64,000 bases of DNA from Phycisphaeraceae bacterium (GCA_963674705.1 OY771506.1:832001-896000); one strand, 5' to 3'. Positions 9,836-19,433 are shown, counted from the first letter of the stretch. The notes: a model not told the origin generated them from the letters alone. Made by a program: numbers and translations.

Positions 9836-10184
9836 ATTATCACATGAATAATCTGGCAGATCGCGTCAAGCATGTTGGGGAGCATGCGATACACGTCATC
9901 GCGAGAAGACAACAAGGAATTGATGCAATCCGCAGTCTCGGGGGGGATACTCATCAACCAACGAATATACATGGCACATTAACTATGACAACGAGGACCA
10001 ACTCGCCGGCATTATGCAATCGCTTTGTGCCAGTGATATAGCTTTCCTTGATACACCATCCGGTTGGCCTCCGTATGGTGTCGCTGACATGTTGAGAAAA
10101 AAGGGCAAATTAACCGGACCTATCAGAAAGTGCATTTTCTATGGACCCGAAGGCTTGGTTGTCGACGATCCAGATGATAAATAA
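9832..10184 (+). pseudogene. Small hypothetical protein (about 117 aa) split by a frameshift at a G7 run
   Basis: The ATG overlaps the deacetylase TGA (ATGA). The first frame runs to SLGG at G7 (9940-9946). Another frame, open from 9924, continues GYSSTNEYTWHINYDNEDQLAGIMQSLCASDIAFLDTPSGWPPYGVADMLRKKGKLTGPIRKC...DDK* to 10184. Confidence 0.55.
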
Positions 10185-10220
10185 AACAAAATGCTTTTAC
10201 GAAGCTTCGCGCCTTCGCGG

Positions 10221-10841
10221 TTAATCAGCCCGCTTCTTCCCCAAAGGTACCAGCGCCGCCGCCAGCGCGACGATGACCAGCAGTGCCAGGAACAGTATCG
10301 GCAACTGCTTCAAAAGAGCCGGCTGCGCCATCGCAATCGTGATCCACAAGGCGGCCAGCGCGTAGCGGGCGGTGATTAACCTGCCCAACGCTGTGGGAAC
10401 TTGCAGCGTCTTTCCTTCGGACACATCCGGGCTCAAGAGTGATTCGATCAGCATGATCGCGATCACCGCCAGCATCAGGGCACTGGTCCAGCCGGTCAGT
10501 TCACCGAGGCGTTCGCCGCGGGCTTTTTCGTATTGGGCTTTGAGCAAAACCAACTGTTGCTCTCGGCCGGCAAGTTGCTCGGTGATCGCAACTTCGGTGA
10601 CATCAGACCCTTCCAGCGCCTCGATCTGTTGCCTGGTTTTCTCCTGTTCGTCCTGGATCTGCTGGAGAACCTCACCCCCGCCGACGAAGACCTGTTGATA
10701 GAGTGAGGGCGCCGCCCGACCCAAGACGGCCGGGCCCAGCAATACCCCAAGCAACAAGCCCGCAACCAACAGGTACAGCCCCCCCAGATCAGGAAAAGGA
10801 TTTACGCATACGCTTGCTTGTTCATCGGGCTTATCTGTCAT
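10221..10841 (-). CDS. Hypothetical membrane protein (about 4 TM helices plus a coiled-coil loop)
   Basis: Hydrophobic segments; the N-terminal AGLLLGVLLGPAVLG resembles a cation/H+ antiporter helix, but the protein is far too short to be an antiporter. Confidence 0.65.
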   Translation of the reverse strand: MTDKPDEQASVCVNPFPDLGGLYLLVAGLLLGVLLGPAVLGRAAPSLYQQVFVGGGEVLQQIQDEQEKTRQQIEALEGSDVTEVAITEQLAGREQQLVLLKAQYEKARGERLGELTGWTSALMLAVIAIMLIESLLSPDVSEGKTLQVPTALGRLITARYALAALWITIAMAQPALLKQLPILFLALLVIVALAAALVPLGKKRAD

Positions 10842-10889
10842 GGTGGGACCACCATCGCATAGTGTGCGCGGGTATGCAAGGGGGAAGAT

Positions 10890-10968
10890 GGGGTGTGGGG
10901 TGTGGGGTGTGGGGTGTGGGGTGTGGGGTGTGGGGTGTGGGGTGTGGGGTGTGGGGTGTGGGGTGTGG
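10890..10968 (+). repeat. Perfect heptamer tandem repeat (GGGGTGT)x11 plus GG
   Basis: Eleven exact units counted at 7-bp spacing from 10890 to 10966. Confidence 0.98.
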
Positions 10969-11090
10969 AAATGATATTGTTACATGACCACCCAACGCCG
11001 GTCCTGAGCGCAGCAAAGGGCCGGGCAGGTTTAGAGCAGGTGAGAAGCAGATCAGGCGAGCAGTAGACAGGGATCGGAGATCGGATTTTA

Positions 11091-11130
11091 TTTTCTGTTT
11101 TTCTGCTTTTCTGTGTTTTCTGCTTTTCTC
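11091..11130 (+). repeat. Degenerate TTTTCTG(C/T) tandem repeat, about 5 units
   Basis: ttttctgt ttttctgc ttttctgtg ttttctgc ttttctc, immediately after the stop of the 11136 gene. Confidence 0.8.
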
Positions 11131-11135
11131 CTTCC

Positions 11136-11570
11136 TCACCCAAACATCTGCGGCGTCACCGGCATGTCTGCCCACTCGTTTCGGCTGCCAAGATCGTGCT
11201 GGCGGACGCGGATCAACACGCGCACGGTCAGTTCCACGTACAGCTTCACCTGAACCAGGTGATGCGTATCCACGATCGAGTCGCCGCCGATCTCCATGAA
11301 CAGTTGTTCGAGGATCAGTCGCTTGATCGTGGAGCGGAACTTCTCGACCGGTCGATCCGTGCATTCGCACACCAGGCGGATCATTCCCGGCAACACCGCG
11401 ATCACCGGCGACAACTCATGCGACAAAGATTCGCGCAGCGAGGTCATGTCATCGCGTTGGCTGGTGCGCTTGCCGCCCGGTTTCATCGACGCAGGCAAAC
11501 GCTCCCACTCTTCTTGGAGCAGACGTTGGGTGTGAAGGTCTAAGCCATGTTGACTACTGGTCGATTGCAT
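11136..11570 (-). CDS. Hypothetical protein
   Basis: Open frame with GGAGG RBS 6 nt before ATG 11570; helical, no recognisable motif. Confidence 0.6.
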   Translation of the reverse strand: MQSTSSQHGLDLHTQRLLQEEWERLPASMKPGGKRTSQRDDMTSLRESLSHELSPVIAVLPGMIRLVCECTDRPVEKFRSTIKRLILEQLFMEIGGDSIVDTHHLVQVKLYVELTVRVLIRVRQHDLGSRNEWADMPVTPQMFG

Positions 11571-11761
11571 CAATCGCCTCCCAAGTCCATTCGGGACAGG
11601 ATGGGTCGTTCCCAATCACTGGATGTAAATAATCGGGTGTATCCGCACCCGATGAATACGCTGGAGGTGGTCGTGCAACTGCTGAAGACCGATAACACTA
11701 TATATTTTAAGTCTTCAGTCGGTCAAATGTTGTGGAAAAGATTCTTTGCCCGGAAGTCCAA

Positions 11762-12877
11762 TCAGGGTACAAGGAAACTGTCGCTGACGTCGGTTTGCGT
11801 TTCGGTGCCGGTGTAGTAGTCGATACCGCTTGCCGCCCAGAAGTTGTCACTGGTTAACCCGTTGCTGCCCGGGATCGTCGGAATGGTCTGCCATCGCACT
11901 GTGCCATCCGCGCTGAGCACATTCTGCCCCAAACCGCGATGCGCCCGGCTTGGCGCCAGGAACGAAGTATCCGGATTGAACACGATCTGACCGTCATGCA
12001 CTTCAAATAACGGGTTACGGTCGGCGAGCACCGCCATGGTCGGGTTATCTTCCAGCCGTAAGAGCTGAGGTGTGAACTGGTTCTGATAGCTGAAGGACAC
12101 CGCCTCGGGTCCGGTCCAGTCGACGTAACCTTCGCCGGGATTATGACGCAAAGCGTGCTCGTTTTCCGGACAAGCGAGAATATTTACGTCATCAATGAAG
12201 CCCTTGGTGACAAGGCGATACAGGTGAGCCGAGTTCGAGGGGATATACTTGTTGTTGTCGGATGGGGTCTGGCCGACCTTGAACCAGGGTGTGCCCGGCC
12301 GGATATCGCCGCGGGGCATCTGCCCGAGATTGGCCGCGGCATATGCGGACATCGCTTCGCCGGCCTTTCGAAGATTGCCCATGCCCGCCACACGACGCGA
12401 ATCCGCCTGTTGACGTGACATGACCGGGATCAAAAGCGTCGCACCGATCAGGAATACCGCCGCGGCCGTCGCCAGTTGACGCCAGTCAAAGCCGAGCGTT
12501 CGGCGAGGCTCGGAGAGCATCTGGACCTGTTCGGCAAAACGTTTCTGTTGAGTTTGTCGCTGGATCGTTTCAAGCGTCCGCGCAGTCAGATCGGCCGGCG
12601 GGTCCTGCACCGTGTCATGTTCCAGCAGGGAAAGAAGTGCGGCCAGTTTTTCTGTACGTTCAGTCAATCCCGGGGGTGTCGGGCCGCGGTCTGCACCTGT
12701 CGCCCGTGCAGCGAATAACGCATCCAGTGCTTCGCCATCCGCCTCACAAAGACGCTTGATCGTGACGTCTTCCGCAGGCTTCGGATGAATCGGCGAACGA
12801 GGAATCTTCCCGCTGCCCAAGCCGTTCGGTGCTACAGGGTTCTGCTTCTCAGGATTCTGATGCGTAAAGTCTGACAT
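11762..12877 (-). CDS. Putative anti-sigma factor with one TM helix and a C-terminal DUF1559/H-X9-DG-like domain
   Basis: Follows an ECF sigma gene; DPPADLTARTL anti-sigma-like motif; TM ATAAAVFLIGATLLIPV; NLRKAGEAM..YA..N.GQMP; ACP; SYQN; LADRNP; AHRGLGQNVLSADGTVRW. Confidence 0.7.
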   Translation of the reverse strand: MSDFTHQNPEKQNPVAPNGLGSGKIPRSPIHPKPAEDVTIKRLCEADGEALDALFAARATGADRGPTPPGLTERTEKLAALLSLLEHDTVQDPPADLTARTLETIQRQTQQKRFAEQVQMLSEPRRTLGFDWRQLATAAAVFLIGATLLIPVMSRQQADSRRVAGMGNLRKAGEAMSAYAAANLGQMPRGDIRPGTPWFKVGQTPSDNNKYIPSNSAHLYRLVTKGFIDDVNILACPENEHALRHNPGEGYVDWTGPEAVSFSYQNQFTPQLLRLEDNPTMAVLADRNPLFEVHDGQIVFNPDTSFLAPSRAHRGLGQNVLSADGTVRWQTIPTIPGSNGLTSDNFWAASGIDYYTGTETQTDVSDSFLVP

Positions 12878-12923
12878 AACTCAATCTCACGAACGTACCC
12901 CACCAGGTATCATCCACCCTTCC

Positions 12924-12964
12924 ATACGTCAGAAAACCGGCTACGGATCAAAAACTTCTGACGT
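12924..12964 (-). promoter_or_regulatory. ECF-type promoter candidate overlapped by a 9-bp inverted repeat
   Basis: Minus strand reads TGATCC-N16-CGTAT (12950-12924); inverted repeat ACGTCAGAA (12926-12934) / TTCTGACGT (12956-12964). Confidence 0.45.
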
Positions 12965-13110
12965 TTTTTCAAGACAAATTTTAATAAACATATGCCCCTT
13001 AATGGCAAATATTTACGAAAATCTTATTCGCTGGCAGACCTCTACGAATTTAAACATCACGGTTCCAATCTGGGAGGGCTTTTCGCCCGCATGAAGAAGA
13101 AGGAATCTTC

Positions 13111-13733
13111 TTACTCCGCATCCGTCCCTGTCTGGGCCTTCCATAACTCGGCAAAGGTCCCGACCGCGGCGTGAAGCCTGCTCTTGACCGTGCCCAGCGG
13201 GATGCCCAGGTTTTCGGCAATCTCCCGATATGCCATTTTGTTAAAGTACGCCAGTAAAAGAACTTCTCGTAAATGCTCCGGAAGTGCCGCCACCACGTTA
13301 CGCACGATCTGGCCGGTCTCTTCCTGCTGAGCTTTCTCCTGTGGAAGCGGCAAGTCCGCTTCTAATAAATCGATAAACGCCCTGCCGTCCTCCGAATGCT
13401 TATCCAGCATCGCGGAAAGGGGTACGGCCTGCTGACGTCTATTCTTACGTAATAAGTCCCTGGCTTTGTTCGCTGCAATTGTGAATAACCACGGTTTAAA
13501 TCGTCGGCTGGTATCGAATGTGTCCGCTGAAATGTGAACCTGGATAAACGTTTCCTGGAAAACGTCATCCGCAGCCGCCCGATCCCCCAAAAAACGGGCC
13601 AGAAAATGATAAAGCTCGAGGCGATATCGCTCGATCAACACCCCCAACGCAGCCTCATCCCCCCCACAATGGCGGCCAAGTAACTGCTCGTCGGTAAGCT
13701 CTCAAGATTCTGCGTACGGTCCGCTTCCGGCAT
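13111..13733 (-). CDS. ECF RNA polymerase sigma-70 factor; apparent frameshift near the 5' end
   Basis: ADDVFQETF, FKPWLFTIAANKARDLLRK, LPEHLREVLLL...YREIAENLGIPLGTVKSRLH. The sigma frame extends to ELTDEQLLGRHCGGDEAA but is closed by TGA at 13704-13702; ATG 13733 (MPEADRTQNLE) lies in another frame. Confidence 0.88.
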
Positions 13734-13919
13734 GGATGCAGATTGTACGAAAAGGTGAGCCCGAAGGTTGTAAACAATTGCCACCTCAGCCGAACCGGCT
13801 CCTGCCAACCGGCTGGTTCCGAGAATCGTCGCCGCCAATACCTCAGATGCCCGCTAAACGATCCATCCGATGATGGAACTGTATCCATATAGATTCAACC
13901 CCCATGATGAGGATGTGAC

Positions 13920-14681
13920 GTGTTCCGAATCGCGATCCTGGCATTACTGGCGACCATCGTGGCTTCTCATGCACCGGCCGACGCCGGGCTCATCTTCCTC
14001 AGCGGCGATGTCAACATAGGCAACCCGCTTAATGACACCTACACGACCCCCAACCAGGGCAACAGCACCTGGTTCAGGAACATCCTTGGCATCGGCTCAA
14101 CCGTCCTGATCCAGAACGAATACACCGGCCCAAGCACGAGTATCGACCTCGCGGAAGTTGCGATCGGCAACTACTACAACAGCCTGACGGGTGTCACCTG
14201 TTCCACTCTTGACGGAATAATCACACCATCCGAGCTTGTTGATGTGGACCTGTTTATCAGCATGATCCCCGAAGACCACTACAGCAACGATGAAGTCGCC
14301 GCACTTTCAGGCTTCCTTTCCGGAGGCGGCACACTCCTGCTCATGGGAGAGAACTTCGTCAACTTCTACGAAAGCAACTTCTACCTCAACACACTCCTGG
14401 CCAGCCTCGGCAGCAGCCTGAAACTGGATACCGACTCGTTGACCGGCAACTTCCAGCCAACCACCAACATCGAGAACAATCCATTCAACCTCGGTGTCGA
14501 CGCCATCACTTATGCCTACACCAACACCGTCCTCGGCGGCAACCCGCTACTGCGCACGATTGATAGCGAAGGCGCCAAGACCTTTGTCGCCTACGAAGTC
14601 GCCCCGGAACCCGGATCGGGCCTGCTGCTACTGGCTGGCCTGGCCTGTATCCTTCACTGGGGACGGGATATCACCGACTGA
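13920..14681 (+). CDS. PEP-CTERM sorting domain protein, secreted
   Basis: Signal peptide; LSGFLSGGGTLLLMGE (GATase-like fold motif); C-terminal APEPGSGLLLLAGLACILHWGR. Confidence 0.8.
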   Translation: MFRIAILALLATIVASHAPADAGLIFLSGDVNIGNPLNDTYTTPNQGNSTWFRNILGIGSTVLIQNEYTGPSTSIDLAEVAIGNYYNSLTGVTCSTLDGIITPSELVDVDLFISMIPEDHYSNDEVAALSGFLSGGGTLLLMGENFVNFYESNFYLNTLLASLGSSLKLDTDSLTGNFQPTTNIENNPFNLGVDAITYAYTNTVLGGNPLLRTIDSEGAKTFVAYEVAPEPGSGLLLLAGLACILHWGRDITD

Positions 14682-14699
14682 CTAGACGACACGCTTCCA

Positions 14700-17390
14700 C
14701 TAATACACATCAAATACGCCATACCCGCCTTCATACAACTGGTACTTGATCCTCGCCTTATGCTCGCAAAGCCATCGCAGTATGGCCGGCAATCCCACCG
14801 CAGGCTCGTTGAAAGAACACCACTCCACACTCACAATCGGACCGTTGCGCTCGATACGGCCGCCATACACACTGTCCGCCCCGTGACTCTTCACTTCTTT
14901 ACCCGCCTCGGCCTGGCGACCCAGTAAGACCGACATCTCTTGCAACCAGTTATTCATAGCCTCCCGGTACGCCTCGAAGTCGACACTCTCATCGTCCACT
15001 CCAGTCGACATATCCGTGATAGCAGGCATCTGGTCATAAAGCTCAATCACCCGGCTGTCCAGTTTGCCCCCGTGCTCTTCTACCAACGCCTGTCGCTGCT
15101 CTGCCTTCAGGACTTCCATACGCTTGTCATACTGTGCTTCCAATGCATCAATCTGATCCTGTTCGCCAAACCGCTGCGCATCAGCAAGCTTTTCATCCAA
15201 CTCAATAAGCTGCTCATCTTCGTAATCGATGTACATGGTATTCAGCAGGCGATAGGTGAGTCGTGCATTCCGGTGCGCCTCGGTAACCGTTTCCGTTTCG
15301 GACCACGGCGGGATCAACGCCATCTGCATGCCGCCATTCAAATAATCTTCTAACTGTCGTACAACCTCTTCCGCTTCCTCGCTCGTATTGAATATCAACA
15401 TGAGCCGGCCATTGATCAAAGCATCCGGCCGATGCACGATCAACTCACCACCCTGATATATAAACCAGTCCGACATCTCGCGGGCGCGATCGGTCGCCTC
15501 TTTGGGCAACACAAGCATGACTGTCTGGCCAACCACCAACCGCTGCGATCCTTCAGGCGCTTCATTTGCCAGAAGCGTTAACGCCTTTTCCGCCTCATAG
15601 TGACTTGTAAAAGTACTTACCAAAGTAATCGCACCATCCGCAACGTCGATCCGCTTATCCGCGGTCGACTCATCACAACTGTATTGATAAGCAGGCTGGT
15701 CAATCGCCATATTGAAGAACTGGCCCATATCAACCTGGGTCGCCACTAACATGATCAAACCGAAAAGCAAAACCATACCGAAGCTGCCCAGGTAAACCGT
15801 CCCCAATCCCAGCGACGCCAATACGCCCGGCGGCCGGGCGTACAACGATTCGTACGCCATGATCGCCTGCTGTGCTAACGTTCGGCTTGACTGGCCCCGC
15901 CTGGTCTGCTGCTCAAGCTGATCGATCAGAGGCAGCATCGTCGCGTGGCTCAATTCCTCGCCGTGCTCATCGGGCGGCGGCAGGTCTTTACGCTTACGCA
16001 CCGTTTCGACCGCCATGCCCACACGGTACACCGCCCCGAGGCCGACCAATATCAAAATCCCCAGAAATAACAGTAAACGTGCGCCCAGTATGGCCCCAAG
16101 CCCCATGATGCCAAGCGCCGCGATGCCGCGAAAAATCATGTCGATCCGGAAGTTTCGGCTGGTCACCAGGACCTGCGTGATCCACCCACCATCCAGCGGC
16201 GGGAACGGCAAAAGATTGAATCCATTAAGCACCAGCATCAACGACGCCAGCTCAATCAGCAGATCATGATCCAATACCATCCCGACAATCCCGATCACGA
16301 TCCCCACAAAAATCCCGGGCACGGGCCCCATCAGATACACAATCGCTTTCTTCCAGCCCGCAATCGTATAGTGCTTGCCCGTCACCGCAGCGCCAAGCAG
16401 CGGGATAAAAAACATCCGCAGATTGCGGTACCGGAATACCCACATCGCCAACAGGTGCCCCAGTTCATGGAACAAAAGAATCGGGATCAAGAGCAGCACG
16501 AACCGCCACGGCCACGCCGCCCCGCCCAGCACGACAAACAGGATCAACGAAATGAACAGCAGCATCAGCGTGCTCTTCATCGTGCCTTTGCTTTTCTGCT
16601 GCTCGTAGACCTGCCACAGCACCCCCTCGCTCCTGGCAGCATCGATCGACGTCGGCCTTTCATCAAATGCTAATCTCGCTGCGCGCGCCTGACGCTCATC
16701 ATCCAACTCGGTGAATACGCCACGCTTCAGATACAACGCGCTCGCTTCATAATGAAAGCGCTCCAATACATCGCGCATCGCCTGCTGCGTCGAAATAACT
16801 TCAACCTGCTCAGAAGCAAGGCGCTGCTGATGCATGGCCCACAAGCCTTCGTTGCTTACACCCTGCTCACATTGCACGAGATAGCCGGCCGGCAACGTCA
16901 CATCCAACTCTTCAGACCCGCTGATGATGAAGCCGCCGTTATGTGTCACGGAAATGATCGTAGCGCCCATGCGTTCCTTCATCGGTCTCGGATACAACCA
17001 CGGCCGACGACACACCTGCGCAATCGCCCGTCCGCTGTCGTGCCGTAGCGTCACCGATTGATACAACGTTGCACTCGGCGCGTGAAACAGGCTGTGATAG
17101 ATCGGGTCTGTAAAACCCAACGCCATCAATGATTCAACCTCCGGCTCAAGTAGTTGATCCGTCTCGGCGCCCACCCCATCTCGATCAACCTCGAACGCCC
17201 CCCATTCCGACACCGCCGGCACATCCATCGAACCCGACACCTTCACCAACGCCGTCTTGCAAAACACCCACGAGAACACCGCGGAGAACCACGAGTTACC
17301 ACCAGCCCGCATCTCGTCAAATGAAAGCTTGTTGCCGTTGACCTGGTAAAACCGAACGCCCTGCCCACCGACCGCTGTTGATTCAGACAT
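14700..17390 (-). CDS. Large site-2 protease (peptidase M50) with long N- and C-terminal extensions
   Basis: HELGH, FFIPLLGAAV, MGPVPG, NLLPFPPLDGG; many TM segments; ATG 17390. Confidence 0.85.
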   Translation of the reverse strand: MSESTAVGGQGVRFYQVNGNKLSFDEMRAGGNSWFSAVFSWVFCKTALVKVSGSMDVPAVSEWGAFEVDRDGVGAETDQLLEPEVESLMALGFTDPIYHSLFHAPSATLYQSVTLRHDSGRAIAQVCRRPWLYPRPMKERMGATIISVTHNGGFIISGSEELDVTLPAGYLVQCEQGVSNEGLWAMHQQRLASEQVEVISTQQAMRDVLERFHYEASALYLKRGVFTELDDERQARAARLAFDERPTSIDAARSEGVLWQVYEQQKSKGTMKSTLMLLFISLILFVVLGGAAWPWRFVLLLIPILLFHELGHLLAMWVFRYRNLRMFFIPLLGAAVTGKHYTIAGWKKAIVYLMGPVPGIFVGIVIGIVGMVLDHDLLIELASLMLVLNGFNLLPFPPLDGGWITQVLVTSRNFRIDMIFRGIAALGIMGLGAILGARLLLFLGILILVGLGAVYRVGMAVETVRKRKDLPPPDEHGEELSHATMLPLIDQLEQQTRRGQSSRTLAQQAIMAYESLYARPPGVLASLGLGTVYLGSFGMVLLFGLIMLVATQVDMGQFFNMAIDQPAYQYSCDESTADKRIDVADGAITLVSTFTSHYEAEKALTLLANEAPEGSQRLVVGQTVMLVLPKEATDRAREMSDWFIYQGGELIVHRPDALINGRLMLIFNTSEEAEEVVRQLEDYLNGGMQMALIPPWSETETVTEAHRNARLTYRLLNTMYIDYEDEQLIELDEKLADAQRFGEQDQIDALEAQYDKRMEVLKAEQRQALVEEHGGKLDSRVIELYDQMPAITDMSTGVDDESVDFEAYREAMNNWLQEMSVLLGRQAEAGKEVKSHGADSVYGGRIERNGPIVSVEWCSFNEPAVGLPAILRWLCEHKARIKYQLYEGGYGVFDVY

Positions 17391-17501
17391 GCAATGCCCC
17401 TTAGAACTCAGAATCCCCGACAAGCCCGCTTCATTGTACAGCAGGCCCTTATGCTGAACATTCTATTCAAATTAACAACGTCTTGAGCCGCGCCGCTTGA
17501 T

Positions 17502-17575
17502 GTCATCCACGCACAGGCGGGGATCCACGTCTTGGGATTCATTGCTCGCGTGGATTCTCGCATGCGCGGGAATTG
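17502..17575. repeat. Inverted pair of degenerate REP-like palindromes (GTCATTCCCGC..GCGGGAATCCA type)
   Basis: gtcatccacgcacaggcggggatcca (17502-17527) and tggattctcgcatgcgcgggaat (17551-17573) are approximate reverse complements; each forms a hairpin. Confidence 0.6.
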
Positions 17576-17605
17576 TGGTTACTAATGATGTAAATGGTTC
17601 TAAGA

Positions 17606-19222
17606 CTACTGCACCACCCAGCGGATGCCCATCTTCTTGATGCGTGATGTAAGCGTGCTGGGCTTGACGCACAGCAGCGAGGCTGCGCCGTCCGGGCCGG
17701 AGACTTTGCCGTTGGCGGCTTCAAGTGCACGCACGATATTGCTGCGCTCCAGCTCCTTGAGCTGCGCTTCGGTCAAGATCGGTTGTTCACGGGGCTCAAC
17801 GGGTTGATGCTTCTGTGTGCTTTCCGGATCGGCGGACGGCAGCTCAAAACGCAGTGTCGAGCCGGGCGACGTGATGACCGCGCGCTCAATGAGATTCTGC
17901 AATTCGCGCACATTCCCTGGCCAGTCGTATCGCTGCATCGCAGCGACCACCGTCTTGGTCAAACGCGGCTGCGGGCGATTCATCTTCTTGCACGTCTGCT
18001 CAAGAAATCGGCTGGCAAGTTCGGCGATATCTTCTTTGCGTCGACGAAGCGGCGCCACCTCGATCGGGAAAACATTCAACCGGTAGTAAAGGTCCTCGCG
18101 GAACCGCCCATCATCAACTTCCTGCTGCAGGTCGCGGTTAGTCGCCGCGATGATGCGCACATCCACCTCGTGTGTGATCGCTTCGCCGACGCGCTCGTAT
18201 GTGCCTTCCTGCAAGACGCGCAGGAGTTTGCCTTGCAATTCAATCGGGATTTCACCGACCTCATCAAGGAACAGCGTCCCCCCGTCCGCAGCCTCGAACC
18301 GGCCGGCACGATCGCGCACCGCGCCGCTGAACGCGCCTTGCACATGACCGAAGAATTCACTTTCATAGAGATCGCGCGGGATCGCGGCACAGTTCACCTT
18401 GATCATCGACCTGTCACGTCGACCGCTGCGCCGATGAATCTCACGCGCAACCAGCTCCTTACCCGTGCCGGATTCACCGGTGATCAACACGTTCGCATCG
18501 GTGTCGGCAACCGCTTCGATCTGCCTGGCGGTGTTGCGCAACGCCGGGCTCGATCCGACCATCTCGCCGAACGCGCCTTCGGCCGCCACCTCTTCACGCA
18601 GGTATTCGTTCTCCACTTCAAGGTGATGCTTCAACCGATCGATCTCATCAAACGCCCGTGCGTTGGCGATCGCCGCAGCGGCATGGTCCGCCAGCATACG
18701 GTGCCAGATCAGCTCATCCATCACGACCGGCTCACGCATAAACACCGCGAACACGCCGATCACTTCGCCGCGAAAGACCAGTGGGTGTGCCGCCATGCCG
18801 CGGATCGACTCGGCTTCGATCCAATCCTTATCCACCACCCACTTGTTGTCCTTCGTCGTATCCCATACCACCAGCGCATCAGCGGTCGTCGCGACCCGGC
18901 CGATCTTCCGCACACCGAGCGGGAACCTTCTGAATCGGCCATCAAGCCCGTCCCATGACAACGACTCATCCACCACCGACCGTCCAGCACTGGCGACCAG
19001 ATGCAGACACCGCGTCTGATCCGGGCACTCGCCTCGCAGTGGACATGTTTGACAGATATCTCCGCGCTCAATCAGCCACACCCGGCAAAGCGCAACATGC
19101 GACATCGCCGCCACCCGGCCGACGATCAAATGCAGCAAACCATCCAGCGATCGCTCGCCCGCTAACTCCAGCAATAAAGCCTTCAGCTCCGGCGATCCCG
19201 ATCGGTCGTGCGTGTAATCCAT
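17606..19222 (-). CDS. sigma54-dependent activator (GAF-AAA+-HTH, FhlA/NifA-like) with a four-cysteine insert in the GAF domain
   Basis: [67 protein letters not shown]-terminal [19 protein letters not shown] in the GAF. Confidence 0.93.
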   Translation of the reverse strand: MDYTHDRSGSPELKALLLELAGERSLDGLLHLIVGRVAAMSHVALCRVWLIERGDICQTCPLRGECPDQTRCLHLVASAGRSVVDESLSWDGLDGRFRRFPLGVRKIGRVATTADALVVWDTTKDNKWVVDKDWIEAESIRGMAAHPLVFRGEVIGVFAVFMREPVVMDELIWHRMLADHAAAAIANARAFDEIDRLKHHLEVENEYLREEVAAEGAFGEMVGSSPALRNTARQIEAVADTDANVLITGESGTGKELVAREIHRRSGRRDRSMIKVNCAAIPRDLYESEFFGHVQGAFSGAVRDRAGRFEAADGGTLFLDEVGEIPIELQGKLLRVLQEGTYERVGEAITHEVDVRIIAATNRDLQQEVDDGRFREDLYYRLNVFPIEVAPLRRRKEDIAELASRFLEQTCKKMNRPQPRLTKTVVAAMQRYDWPGNVRELQNLIERAVITSPGSTLRFELPSADPESTQKHQPVEPREQPILTEAQLKELERSNIVRALEAANGKVSGPDGAASLLCVKPSTLTSRIKKMGIRWVVQ

Positions 19223-19231
19223 ACCATCAAT

Positions 19232-19283
19232 TTACGATATTTCGTGATCTAATCCACTAAAAGTCACAAATTTTTGATATTTC
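19232..19283. promoter_or_regulatory. Candidate activator-binding (UAS) sites
   Basis: Palindrome ACGA-TATT-TCGT at 19234-19245; GATATTTC core repeated 40 bp apart (19236 and 19276); about 75-125 bp upstream of the sigma54 promoter. Confidence 0.45.
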
Positions 19284-19355
19284 ACAAATCCTGTCCGGCG
19301 ACCCCAAAAACCTCTATTTATTGTTATTAATCAACTTATATTTTCTTTTTCTAAC

Positions 19356-19371
19356 TGGCACGGGCTATGCA
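19356..19371 (+). promoter_or_regulatory. sigma54 (-24/-12) promoter of the ahpD-like operon
   Basis: TGGCACGGGCTATGCA (GG-N10-GC); divergent from the sigma54 activator; preceded by an AT-rich tract with IHF-like AATCAA. Confidence 0.8.
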
Positions 19372-19433
19372 TTACTGGTCCACACAGATGCCGGAATGTC
19401 CGGCCAAGCAAACCAGAATCAGGAGTCAAACCC

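Noticed and set aside
10890..10968. CRISPR array
   Set aside because: Contiguous 7-mers with no spacers; no cas genes and no 25-45 bp spaced repeats seen anywhere in the window
10703..11370. ORFs with PHTPHPT or WGVGCGV repeats
   Set aside because: Simple translations of the GGGGTGT array in different frames; no RBS or other coding signal
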